From contig RBNJ01000132.1 of assembly GCA_003990765.1 (NCBI GenBank), forward strand, positions 1 through 39,879: a stretch of DNA of 39,879 nt, read 5' to 3'. A program made the translations under genes and the position numbers. The notes under the pieces are model-generated. The model saw nothing but the letters and a program-made list of their open reading frames with translations, did no database searches and had not been told where the DNA came from. This stretch comes from Jimgerdemannia flammicorona (taxonomy: Eukaryota). Positions within the stretch are counted from its first letter, which is position 1. Every line of letters begins with the position of its first letter. Shown here in pieces: positions 23,064 to 35,000 of this stretch.

Positions 23064-25078
23064 TATAAGTATACAATCTCTAAGTCACTGAAATTACATG
23101 TCACCCTCTGAATAAATCTGGAAATCACATACAAGATCACACAGCTGAGTCAAACTGAAGTCACAGAGCATAAAGCTGAGTCAACTCAAAGTCACAGAGT
23201 ACAAAGCTGAGTCAACTCAAAGTCACAGAACATAAGATTTATATAAATAGAACCTTATCAATTAGGACCAAATATATATACTGAGCACTCAGATATATTG
23301 AAACAGAGAACTATTACAAACCAAACAAACAACCACAACTCTTGAATATATATACAACTATGACCACCAAGATCTACAACTGTATCTGTGCTGACATTTG
23401 GAATGTCATTGTCAACTGAGCCACATCTCCTCTGCCCCTTATGAATATCTACAGCCTAGCACCTCTCTACTTTATAGAAGCCTGATGGAATGCCCTAAAC
23501 ATGCTCAGCAAAGCCCACTGAATTGGAAAAATCTCAAGCTACTATCAGATTGGCCACCTCCTAGAAGATATGGTTGAACACCACAATAATATAGATATTA
23601 CCCAGAGTCTCAATATCAGAAACTTATCACTTGCAAATACTGGGAACTCTTTTATAAGTATAGTACCTTTATTCTCTATCTCTGAGTTACTACTACTGAA
23701 ATAGTTATTACTCTATCTTATGGCCAAATTGGCAATATGGTATAAAAACTCAACTATAAGAACATTGAGTATATCTAAACTACAGATAGAACCTTCTTAT
23801 ACCCTGATTATTATATTCTACAAATGCCCCAAGTTGAATATACTATGAAGGATATCTACAATATAATCTAGTTTGATAATGATGAAGCAGAAGATAATGA
23901 TCCCTCTGATACCAATATGATATCCAGCCTAGGATTCCTACCAGTCCTGATCACTCTGCCAACCTTGCTGATGAACTTACAATAGTTAATAACTACCTAT
24001 GAGATCTATTGAGATAATGATCGCTGGTATGAGTATTAATCTATATTTATACTCAACTACTTTAACTATAATGAAGAGACTGGAGAACACAATCTATACC
24101 TCCAGACAATCCTTGAGATCAAATCAACAACTCTACTACACAAGTATGAGTAATATAAAGAACATCTACCAGCTTATTACAACCCAGCAACATATAGTAC
24201 TATAACCTATAGAAAGTATGCAGACAGTAAATCCAATGAAAGTAAAGATGATATACCACTCCTTCACCCACTAACTCTATATCCAGCATATGAGACAGAT
24301 GATGCTATTCTGTAGGATAGTGATATGGTCCCAATGTATTATTACCTAAATAAATAGAGAGAAGTAATTCAAGAACCACTCTTCCTAGATAACTACTTTA
24401 TCAGAGATAATATTATCAATGGTGATATTATTGAAGACTACCCAGATAGTATCTAAATCTATAGAGAGCTTAGCAGTCATTAGTATAGTTAGATTAGCCT
24501 CATATAATATAACTACATACTGACTCAGCAAGGTACTAAGTGCTATATCTATATTTAGCATAGTCCAGATAGTCTCCTATTAGTATAAATACTCTCTCCT
24601 CCAGACCTCAGAAACTCAGACTTGAACAATCTGAATATATAAGAACTTCTAAACACTTCCTCACAATATCTCTTCACAACTACTCCTAGTATAGCAATAT
24701 TATAAATAGTGAATAAATCTATTTAATAATCCACAAACTACTCTTAAGTAAATCTGCACTCTGTTAGGTCCTACTTCTAACCACATCACAAAATTTTCTA
24801 ATTGGATATTGTCTGTAGCAATATGCCAATTCAACTAAGCTGGCCTTAGTTTCTTAAACTTTCTGAAATATGGAAAATTCTGAACATTCAGAACTAGTTC
24901 AAAAAAGGACTTTGGTTGAGATATCAATCTGATCTAGAAATCAATAAGTATAAAGAATATACTTCATATGAAATTGATCTTAACCTTAAGAAAATGGTCT
25001 TTCAGAATATCCAGAACTTTTAGAAAACTCTTCTAGAACTACATAATGGTACTTTAATAAGTACATAACTCTTTTACA
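23064..25078 (+). mobile_element. Solo LTR (2,015 bp) of the element-1 family, inserted in element 1's LTR
   Basis: TATAAG (from TGTAAG)...TTACA termini; 5-bp TSD GTATA (23059-23063) / GTATG (25079-25083). Confidence 0.9.
23360..24483 (+). pseudogene. Relic ORF of unknown function inside the LTR
   Basis: MTTKIYNCICADIWNVIVN..KISSYYQIGHLLEDM. The same ATG and frame occur in the LTR copy at 16740, and the inverted copy repairs a frameshift. Stops are transition-type. Confidence 0.6.
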
Positions 25079-26058
25079 GTATGAGTAAAATAAACCATAG
25101 CTGCTAGCTTACTATGTACAACCCTGTAACCCATAGTATAATAACTTACCAAAGGTATACTAATAGTGAATCCAATAAAGCAAAGATGATATACTCCTTC
25201 TTTACTCACCAACATCCTATCCAGCATACAAGACAGATGATACCATCCTGCAGGATAGTGACATAGTTCCAATATACTACTATATGAATGAATAAAGAAA
25301 TATAATCTAGAACCACTCTTCCTAGATAACTACTTTATCAGAGATAATATCATCAATGATGATCTCATTAAAGAATATCCAGAGAGTATCTAAATCTATA
25401 GATAGCTTAGCAGTTATTAGTATAGTTAAATTGGTTTTATCTTATATAACTATATACTAACTCCAGTTAGTTGATCTCTTAATATATCAGTTCATACTTA
25501 TACTATATAACTGTATTCTGACTCATCAAAGTACTAAGTATTATACTCATATTTAGCATAGTTGAGATAGCCTCTCATTAGTATAAATATCTGCTCTCTC
25601 AGACCTCAGAAATTTAGACAAGAATATAGGTAAATAAGTCAAGAATACTTTCCTCACACAAATATTCCTTCACATACTACTTCTAGTATTAACCAATAAC
25701 AATATCATAAATAGTGAATAAATCTATTTAATAATCTACAAACTACTCTTATACTATATTAGGTCCCACTCCTAACTAGATTCTGAAATTTCCTAGTTGG
25801 GTATTATCTGCAGTGATATGTCAATTCAACTAAGCTAGTCTTAGTTTCTTGAACTTCCTAAAATACAAAAAATCCTAAACATCCAGAATAAGTTCAAAAA
25901 AGGACTTTAGTTAAGATATCAACTCAATCTTAAACAATAAGCATAGAGAATATACTTCTAATAAAATTGATCTTGATCTTAAGAAAATGGTCTTCTAGAA
26001 TATTCAGAACTTCCAGAAAATCCTTTCAGAACTATGTAACAGTATTCTAATAAAGTAC
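25079..26058 (+). repeat. 3' LTR of element 1, segment 3 (last ~15 bp missing)
   Basis: Aligns with 24144-25064 of the solo LTR. Confidence 0.85.
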
Positions 26059-27356
26059 TTTCTTATTGTTTATTTATATAGTAATATGTTAAAATAAAAT
26101 AGTCATCTTATAGAATGGTATTATGTATCTATCTTATATATCAGATATGGTAGTATTTGTCAGAGGAGAGATACTTCATCTTCTTTTTTATCAAATTTGC
26201 TATTAATATATCTTTGATAGATTACAGTACTGTATATTGTAGAATTATAATATACTAGAAATTATTCTTTATATTACTCATACTCAGAAAGTAGAGTTAT
26301 TAGTTCTATCTTAAGAATTGTCTAGAATTTAGATTGTGTTCTCCTGTTTCTTCATTATAGTTAGAGTAGTTAGGTATAAATGTGAGTTAGTATATGTCAA
26401 TAGTTATTGTTCTAATAGATCTTATAGATAATTATGAACTATTGTAAGTTCTTTAGTAGAGTTGATAGAGTGATCAGAATTAGTAGAGATTCTTAACTAA
26501 AGGATATTGTAGTAACAGAGGAGTTATTGTCTTCTGCTTCATTATTGTTAAACTAGATTATATTATAGATATTCTTTATAGTATATCTGACTTAGAGTAT
26601 TTGTGGGGTAGAGTTTTCTGAATATAGAAAGGATCTATTAGTAGTTCAGATATACATAATATATTTTTAATTGAGTTCTTATACTATATTATCAATTTGG
26701 CTATAGGTTAGAGTTATAACTATTTTAGCAATAGTGACTCAGAGATAGAGAATAAGAGTACTATATAAAAGAGTTCTTAGTATTTATATATAATGAGTTT
26801 CTAATATTGGGATATTTTGATAATACTAATATTATAGTAATAGTTAATTATATTTTCAAGGAGACTTCTAATTTAATAATAGCTTGAGATTTGGCTAATT
26901 TAGTGAACTTCACTAAGTATATTTAGGATATTCCATCAGACTTCTATAAAGTAAAGGGGTGCTAGGCTATAGATATTTATAAGAGGCAAGAGTACTATTA
27001 TATAGTTGATAATAGTATTTCAAAAATTAGTATAGATGTAGTTGTAGAATTTAGTGAGTATATTTTGGTATATATTTGAAGTTATGGTTATTTGTTATAG
27101 TTCTCTATTTTGGTATACTATATGTCTGGTATATATATGTACCTTCAATCTTAATTAGTAAGGTTCTATTATTATGAGTCTTTTGTTCTGTAACTTTAAG
27201 TTAACTCAGCTTCATGATCTGTGACATCAAGTTTACTCAGCTTTATGATCTGTAACTTTACATTAACTCAGCTTTGTGATCTTGCATATAATTTCTGAAT
27301 TTATTCTTATAGTGATATGTATGTGATTTTAGTTATTTAGAGGTTGTGCACTTATA
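26055..27356 (-). repeat. Inverted, 3'-truncated LTR of the same family
   Basis: Reverse complement begins TATAAGTGCACAACCTCTAA at 27356 and follows the LTR to the position equivalent to ~24365. Confidence 0.85.
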
Positions 27357-28790
27357 GTTTGAGTGCAGAAGATTGATATATACTCTTATACTCCACAAGA
27401 GAGAATATGCTGAAGTTGTTCTGGGGCCTTCTGTCAAGGAGACTATTGCTTGTATAGACTGATATACTGATTGATAAATAAGCAGTACTAATACAGACTA
27501 ACTAACTATAGTTTTAAATATATACTAAATAATATTAGAGTTACTAATATTAAGTTCTGTGAAAGATATTTTGAGTATGTAATCTTGCCAATCAATCAGT
27601 TGAAGGGCTATCTAGTTATAATAGTTATTGATTATCTTGATGATAAAAATAGTATATATCAGTAGCTGTCTGATATATACTATATGAGAGACTACTTAAG
27701 TGATATCTAAAGACTACAATATATCTTAAATATTTAAGATAGTCTTTAGCCAGAGTGATAAGTCAGGATTACAGTTCAGTGAATAGGTATTAGGTTTTCT
27801 CTAATTTTTTTAGATATAATACCAGTGTATTGTCTGTCTATTTTATTATGTAGAATTTAGTATTCTCCTACTTTGAGCAAAGTTAATATCTCTAATAAAA
27901 CTCAGTTATAATATAATATAATATCAGAGATAAATGAAAGAGTAGATAACTTACTATTAAGAGAGTTTAGAGACTATAATAGTGAGGATTGATAGAGTTG
28001 ATAGCAGTTTGAACTGAGTTACTATCTGAGAAGTAAATACTACTAAAAAGAAAACTGCTGATAATAGATCAGATAATAAGACTAGAGGAATGACATTATT
28101 ATCTACAGATATAGCAGTTAAGATAAATGGTCTATTGTGATATACTGTAAGTGTAGAGAGTAGTTATTCTATTAGTATATTAACTGTATAACTGTCAGAA
28201 GAAATTATTAGTACTAGTTCCATAGATTTAGTGATCAGAGAAGTAGGATCTAGTCAATTAGTTTTAAGGTATATAATTATAACAGCCTTCTGGCTATCTG
28301 TTGGAAGATTATATTTATGATAAAGTATAATTAGCCAGTTCTTATATAATGTATATAAGTTAGATAAGTTGGGAATCAGTAGATATATATATAGAAAATC
28401 TGGTACTGAGCCTAGAGAGTCAAAGAGTAAGCCTTGAGACTAATAAATAGGTGGTTTAATATTGAAGTATGAGTATATAAACTCAATTGTAGATACATAT
28501 TACTAATGACTAATTACTAAAGTATAATTAAATATAGAGTATATAAATACTGGAGTATATGAATATTAGAAATTACTAAAAGAAATAAATATACTTTAAA
28601 ATGAGTATTAACTGAGACTTGAGCTAACTAAGATAGCTTTAGATATAGGAGAGATAGTTGAGACTAAGCAAAGTTGGTCAACTATATAATTGTATAAATA
28701 TTAAGTAAATATTAGACTATATGAATATTAAGCAGCTATAGTTACTTTGCTACAGTTTGAACTATATTCATAACTATATCTATTTTATAT
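27357..28790 (-). pseudogene. Heavily decayed retrotransposon gag-like sequence
   Basis: Minus strand RKPNTYS..PDLSLWLKTI..IDWQDY..F resembles a capsid N-terminal pattern; extremely AT-rich. Confidence 0.35.
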
Positions 28791-28975
28791 TAATACTTAT
28801 ATTATATCTTTAATCTATTTTTTTTTAGCTTTTTATCAGAATTTTTATTAGTAAAGATTGTTTATTTTATATTATTAAAAAAAGGATTTTATATATAATA
28901 GTACTTACTTTTGATTAAAATTAAGATTCATTTTACTTACTTATAAATTATTAAATACTTCTAAAGTATTATAGT

Positions 28976-30455
28976 TTAACATGCCGGCTCAATGGAGGCA
29001 AATTACAAGGTTGGGGATTGATGTAGTTTGGCTTGAGCCCCCAGTTACTTTGTCAAAAAGCAACAAAATGTTCTAAGATTCCTGAGGTCCTTGGTGTTTA
29101 GTGGTACAATAGTCAAAGCTGGATATCTGTGAGTGATTTGTGTGTCGATTTCCTAATTGGGATGGTTCTCTGGGTGAGCAACGATTTGTGTGTGTGAATG
29201 GGTTTCCTTCTTGGGTCAACTGAGAATGGCAGAATTTGTATAGCATGATGATCTTATACATGATGGTCTGGCGATTTAGTGGTTCTCCTTATACGATTTC
29301 TGCATGACGCTCTTGTGTAGCATGATGATCTCTTGTGTAGTGTGACGATCTGGCAATTTAGCAGTTCTCCTTATTTGGATTTGGTAGACAACTCGATTTG
29401 GCTCACTGGGAATTATACTGGCATGGCTTCTTCTGTACCAGGCTCACTGAGAACAAATGAATAACTTGGATGTCGCTGATTCTTCCTGAATCGGCAGTTT
29501 CAACTAGGAATGTGGTGGATAACTTAGAAACAGCGGATGACGTGGATTCGGCTTCAACTGGGAAATAACTCAGATGGCATGAGTTCTTCTGAATTGGGTT
29601 CTTCTGGGAATAATAACTCAGTGATGTGGGTTCTTCTGGGAATGTAGATAACTTGAAAATGGCAGATGACTGGGAATTAACTAGGATTCTTAGCAAGTTA
29701 CATCAAAGACTGGCTTCGTTTGTATGAGGTTACATCATAGACTGGCTCCACTGCGAAGTTGCATCAGAAAGACTGGCTTGTGGCAAGAATGGTGGCAAAA
29801 ACTTGAGTTCTTCAGGCTTATCTGGCAAGTATACCAATAGCATGGCTTATTCCTTAAGTGACAGTTCTTCAAAAGGTGGTGAAGTTCTTCACTTGAACTT
29901 GGCAGCAAAATCAGCTTTGTATTGGAAAGTGGACCAGAGTGGAAAAGGGGACCAATGCTCAATCTTTAGAGGCTTCTTTGGTGTTTGTATTTCAGACTCT
30001 TCTTTGTATTGGAAAGCGAACCAGAGTTGAAATGTGTTCTGAATTTCGGACTCTTCTCTTCTGGCTTAGTCTGGCAAGCATACCAATCTTTTGTATCAGA
30101 AAGTGGACCGGAGTGGAAAAGGAATGCTATTGCTTTAGATTCAATTTTGGACTGAGGTTTATTCACTCTTGTCTCTGGGGTAATTTATACAAGTTGATTG
30201 CTATCTGGTTACTACATATGTGGCTAACTATAGATTTGCTATCTAAGGCAAGTTGTGCAGGTCCAGCACAAGTGTGCAGGTCCGGCACAGGTGTGCAGGT
30301 CCTGCACAGATATACCTTATCTGGTAGTCTGGCTATTTATATGGTTTCCACAGCAATAGTTGCTGGTTACTATGCTGTGTGTTCATGTCAACTGGCTAAT
30401 TGTTCACGTCATCTGGCTAAGGTATAATTTAGGTGGTATGTCCTGGTTTGTCACA
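28976..30455 (-). repeat. 3' LTR of element 2
   Basis: Direct repeat of 38028-39505. Confidence 0.95.
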
Positions 30456-30467
30456 TCAGCCCCCACT
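30456..30467 (-). promoter_or_regulatory. Polypurine tract of element 2
   Basis: Minus strand AGTGGGGGCTGA|TGTGAC. Confidence 0.7.
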
Positions 30468-30495
30468 AAAGGATGGTCTGTCCTAAGACTATCCT

Positions 30496-31011
30496 TTAGT
30501 CATCATTCCAGTGTGGGTAAGCATCTTCTGCATCAATATCTGTTCCATCATCTTCATCATCTGTACCATGGTCACTCCATTCCAAGGGTTCTTCTTCTTC
30601 TTCTGGAAATAAGATTTCAACAGCATTGATAATGCTCAGGTAGGTGGCTAGGTTCATTCCTTATATATAATACCAGGAGAATTGTGCTTGCATCAGAGCT
30701 ACAGGGTTTCACTTGTAAAGGGTGTAGAGCCTGTTGGTAGCAGTAACATCTCTCCTTGATGGTCCTGTGGTATTTCTGATATATATTTGTTCTGAGACTG
30801 GGAGGTTCTGCAATTGTTCCCCAATTGCATAGTGGGCCTGAAGTTGATGGACCTGTAGCAATCATCTGGTCAGGACAAGATTCTCTTGATGAATCTGGAT
30901 CTTCTGGAGAGTGTTTCCATTGACTTCTCGGAATTGGGGTAGGGGAACTGACAGTGATTGAAATGAGCTGGGGATAAGAGTCTGAAGGTGGTTGTCAACT
31001 CTCTGATTCAT
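30496..31011 (-). pseudogene. Extra 3' ORF (171 aa) of unknown function between integrase and PPT
   Basis: ATG 31011 to TAA 30496 with no frameshift and three CGA/CAA-type stops: MNQRVDNHL..QAHYAIGEQL..GPSRRDVTATNRLYTLY..QFSWYYI..acidic tail. Confidence 0.7.
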
Positions 31012-32074
31012 GATGTGGGGAAAGGTATATCTTGAGGCAATTGATGTGTACTGGTGTTCTGAGGGTTCATCCATCCATGCTTCTTAAATAGATGCTGGTC
31101 TCTCTGATGTTGTGTACAAGATAAGATCCTTCCCATTTGGGCTCCAATTTGGTGGCAAAGTTTGTTTCAATTATGCTTCTTCAAACTAGTACTTGATCTC
31201 CAATCTTGATCTCCTGATCCTTCTGTCTTTGGTCATAGTACTTCTTTTGTCTTTCTTGGGCTTTGATAATCTGACCTTGGGCCTGATTATGTAACTGTTC
31301 TGTCTTCTTGAGAAGATCTCCAAGATTCTCATGGTCAGCAGTTCTTGTTTTCTTGGCAAACATCATTTCAAATGGTTTTTGTTTGGTTGAGACAGCAGGG
31401 GTGTTCCGAATTTCCCATAGGATCTCAGGTAAGCAGAGGTCCCAATTGGCAGAATTGACTCAGGCAAGTCCCTTCTTGATGGTCTGGTTCATCCTTTCTG
31501 TCATACCATTGGTCTGGGGATGGTATAATGTAGTTCATTTGAGATGTATCTTGTGAATTCGAGCATAACTTATGATTATGTTGTTGATGAATTCTGTGCC
31601 TCGGTCAGAGATGAGTTCTTCTGAGGGTCTATATCTGAGTGTGAGTCCATGGAGAAGGCCTACAATGGTTAGGGCATCTGCGATTTCCATTGGGAAAGCC
31701 TCGGGCCACTTGGTTAGATGTTCCACAAATACAAGGATGTATTTGTTTCTTCTTGGTATAACTGGTAGAGGTCCAATTACATCTACTCCCCATCTTTGAA
31801 AGATGTGAGTGAGTGGGGGAATCGGTTGCAGAGGGGCTTGATAGTTCTTCTTTCCATGATACTTCTGGCAGGTGTCACATTTCTGAATGATGTTTCAGAC
31901 TTGAGTTCTGAGGTGGGGCTAATGTTGATATTGTTCTTGAATCTTGTCTTCTGTGCTTGTCTGTCCTTGGTGGCTTTTCTGATGTTCTTGTCAGATGAGA
32001 TCTTCTTGTTCCTTGATGGTTACAGGGACTTCCTTTAGGGTGTAGTTCCTTGGGACACCCTTCTTCTGGTTCAT
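30995..32074 (-). pseudogene. Integrase in its own frame (359 aa)
   Basis: EHQKSHQG..KCDTCQK; RWGVDVIGPLP; EHLTKWPEA; LISDRGTEF; YHPQTNGMTERMN; KLEPKWEGSY. The ATG overlaps the RNase H stop. Confidence 0.9.
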
Positions 32075-35000
32075 TGGGGCTGGCGGGAAAGTACATCAAC
32101 ATTGTTGTGGGCTTTCCCTGCTTTGTGAATAATTGTAATTTTGTAATCCTGAAGGATAAGGATCCAGTGGGCTAGGATTCTGGCAGGTTCCTTGTAGTTG
32201 AATAGCCATTTGAGGGCTGCATGGTCTGTGATCAGAGTGAACCTATTTCTGATGAGGTAATGCTTGAACAGGGTGACTGCCCATATGACTGCAAGACATT
32301 CCAGTTTAGTGCTACCATAGTTCATCTGCTGCTTATTGGTAGCTCTGCTTGCATAAGCTATCACATGGTGCTGTTGGTTGGGTCCTTCTTGGGCTAGAAC
32401 TGCTCCTAGGCCATCTTTGGAAGCATCTGTATACAAAATGAATTGCTTCTGTAGATTGGGGCACACAAGGATTGGTACTGTAGTCATGTGGTTCTTGAGT
32501 TCTCTGAAGGCTTTTTCCTGTGATTCTGTCCATTTGAATGGTATTCTTTTCTTGAGAATGATTTGGATTGGGGCAGCAATTTGGGCAAAATCCTTGATGA
32601 ACCTTCTGTAGTAAGATACTAGCATCAGGAATGATAGTGTTTCTTTTGGAGTCTTGGGTACTGGCCAATTGTTGATCTTCTCGGTTTTCTTTGGGTCTGC
32701 ATGAGTTCCTTCTTTTGAAACCATGAATCTCAGGAATTCAAGTTTTTGTTTCCCAAAGTAGCATTTCTTTGCATTCAATCTCAAGTGATTCTTGCGGGTG
32801 AGTTTGAAGAATTCCTCTAGGTAGTGCAGGTGTTCTTTGAAATTTGCTGAATAGATGTTGGAATCATCCATATATACAATCAGACAGTGGTGGATCAAGA
32901 GGGCATAGACTGAATTCATCATCCTCTGAAAGGTGGGGGGTGTATTGCAGAGTCCAAAGAGCATTCAGAGGTATTCAAACAGTTTTCCTAGAGCAAGAAA
33001 GGCTGTCTTTTGAATGTCCTTGGGGTCCATGGGGATCTCATGGAATCCTGTGAAGAGGTCCATGCTGCTGAAGTATCTGGCATCCTGTAAATAATCCAAA
33101 AGGTCATCAATTCTGGGCAAAGGATAAGCATCTTTCTCAGTGACTGAATTGAGTTTCCTGTAATCTACACAGAGTCTCCATCCTCCTTTCTTTGGTACAA
33201 TAAGTATAGGGCTGGCCCAGGGGCTAGTGGAGGGTCGGATGACTCCATTGTCTAAGAGTTCTTGAATGTGCTCTTTTTCGAATGTTTTCAAGTGATGGGG
33301 TATTCTATAGGGTTTCTGCCAGATGAGTGTTGCACTTCCTGTATTTATGCTGTGGTGATATGATGGGTTGTATGGCAGGTTGCCATAGTTGGTTGTGAAG
33401 ATATCTTGATATTTGTTGAGAAGTTCTACTAGTTGTTGCTGTTGTTGAGGTGTCAATTTTCTCCAATATTGGTGGAAGGCTTCACTGTCTCCTGGGTCGC
33501 AGAGGGGCCTTTCTTTTCTTCTGGGATCTTTTTCTGTTTCCTGATAGGTTTGGTTCATAAACTTCCCTATGAGTTCGGTTGAGAAAAGGCACCAGATGTC
33601 CTATGATGGTTCCTTTCAGCAAGATGATTGTCTCCCAACTTGGTTGGTTGCTCAGGAGTGTACTGGGTTCATCTTGTTGGGAAATGTGTGTTCCTCTATG
33701 TCCAGGTGTGGGATATCTTCTTTGGGTTCAAAAAAAAGGTTTCTGGGGTTGGGTGGTGTAAAGATTTCGAAGGTAGTTTGTTCTCCAGGCTCCAGGATGA
33801 GATTCTTGTGTAGTCTGACTGGTTGCTGGTACACTTGCTGGGGAACATCTCTCTTGAGGTAGTTAACTTGAAGGAGATGTACCTCCTTCCTGTCTGAACT
33901 TTCAAATCCCTTGGCTTGTCTTGTTTCTTCCATTAGTTCAGAGACTTCCTGTAACTGTGGGGTCTTGACCTTCATGAAGACTGCTTGAGCAATCTTCTGT
34001 CCTCTAATGATTCAGTGCCATTCTGCACTGCTGTTGTATAAGATAACCTTGATTTTGCCTGTATATCCTGGGTCAATGGTTCCTCCTTCCACTATTATTC
34101 CTTGTCTGGCAAGTCTGGACCTTGAGGTCAGTTGGATATAAGCTCCTTGGGGTGGCTGGATAGCTAGTCTGGTTCTGACCATGAAGGTTTTTCCAGACTT
34201 GATAGATTCATCCTGCAGGCTGTGAAGATCATATCCTATATCCTTGGGGTGGGCTTTGGTTGGGGGTTTGGCCTTGGGGTGCAGCAGGGCATACTGGGCA
34301 ATATCCTTACTGAGTTCAGGCTTTCCTAAGGCTGAGACTCCACTAGCAGAAAGCCTCCAAGCTCTAAGGTTGAGGTGTGGCCATCTGGCTCCAGTAGAGG
34401 GGTCTCGGAGATAGTTGATTCCTCTCCTTCCTGTAGGGTCAAGGGCTTCCATGAAGTTGGTGGCATCTTCTGCCCATTCTTGGTGGGTTGCATGTCTGAT
34501 GAGAGCTAGGATGTCTTCTCCCAAATCATAGATCTTGAGGAATCTTTTTCCAGGCTTTTTGGTCTGGCTTTTTCGAATCTGGCTTTTTTGGATCTGACTT
34601 TGGTTATCTCCTTTCTTCTAAGTGTACACTGCAACATCATGACTGAGGTAAATCTTCTGATGTCTGCAGTCTCGGCAGTCAGGGTGTCTCCCATGGTTGC
34701 AAAATCCCATTGCCTGAAAATGATGTTCCCAGCTATTTATCTCTTGTTGTCTTGGGAATCAGTACCCATCTTGATCATAGGTTGGGGGAAGAGTAGATAA
34801 GAGGTATATTTCTGTTTGGGTGAATAAGCCTTGCCCCCTAAATCGACTTTGTAACCTTGTAGTGACTTCTTGAAAGGTGGTGGACTGTGCAAGGGTAGTT
34901 GGGGGTTCTGGTCTCTGGGGTCTCTATCTTTCTTGTTGATCCAACAGATGACACTGATAGCAGTAGTCTCAGGGAGAGTGGAAGATCATTTGGTGTGGAA

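Larger units (their letters stand above)
2330..26058 (+). mobile_element. Chromovirus (Ty3/gypsy) element 1, 5'-truncated, hosting nested insertions
   Basis: dUTPase, Zn knuckle, protease and integrase at 2350-4477. Integrase C-terminus and chromodomain resume in frame at 15570. PPT, then a TGTAAG-start LTR in three pieces. Confidence 0.85.

Noticed and set aside
23146-23214. Three AP-1/Gcn4 sites (TGAGTCA)
   Set aside because: More simply explained as deamination products of CGAGTCG.
29403-30166. ORFs repeated in both LTRs of element 2
   Set aside because: Shared only because the LTRs are near-identical; internally repetitive with no protein-like motif.
30496-31011. env gene
   Set aside because: Too short, with no signal peptide or transmembrane segment visible.
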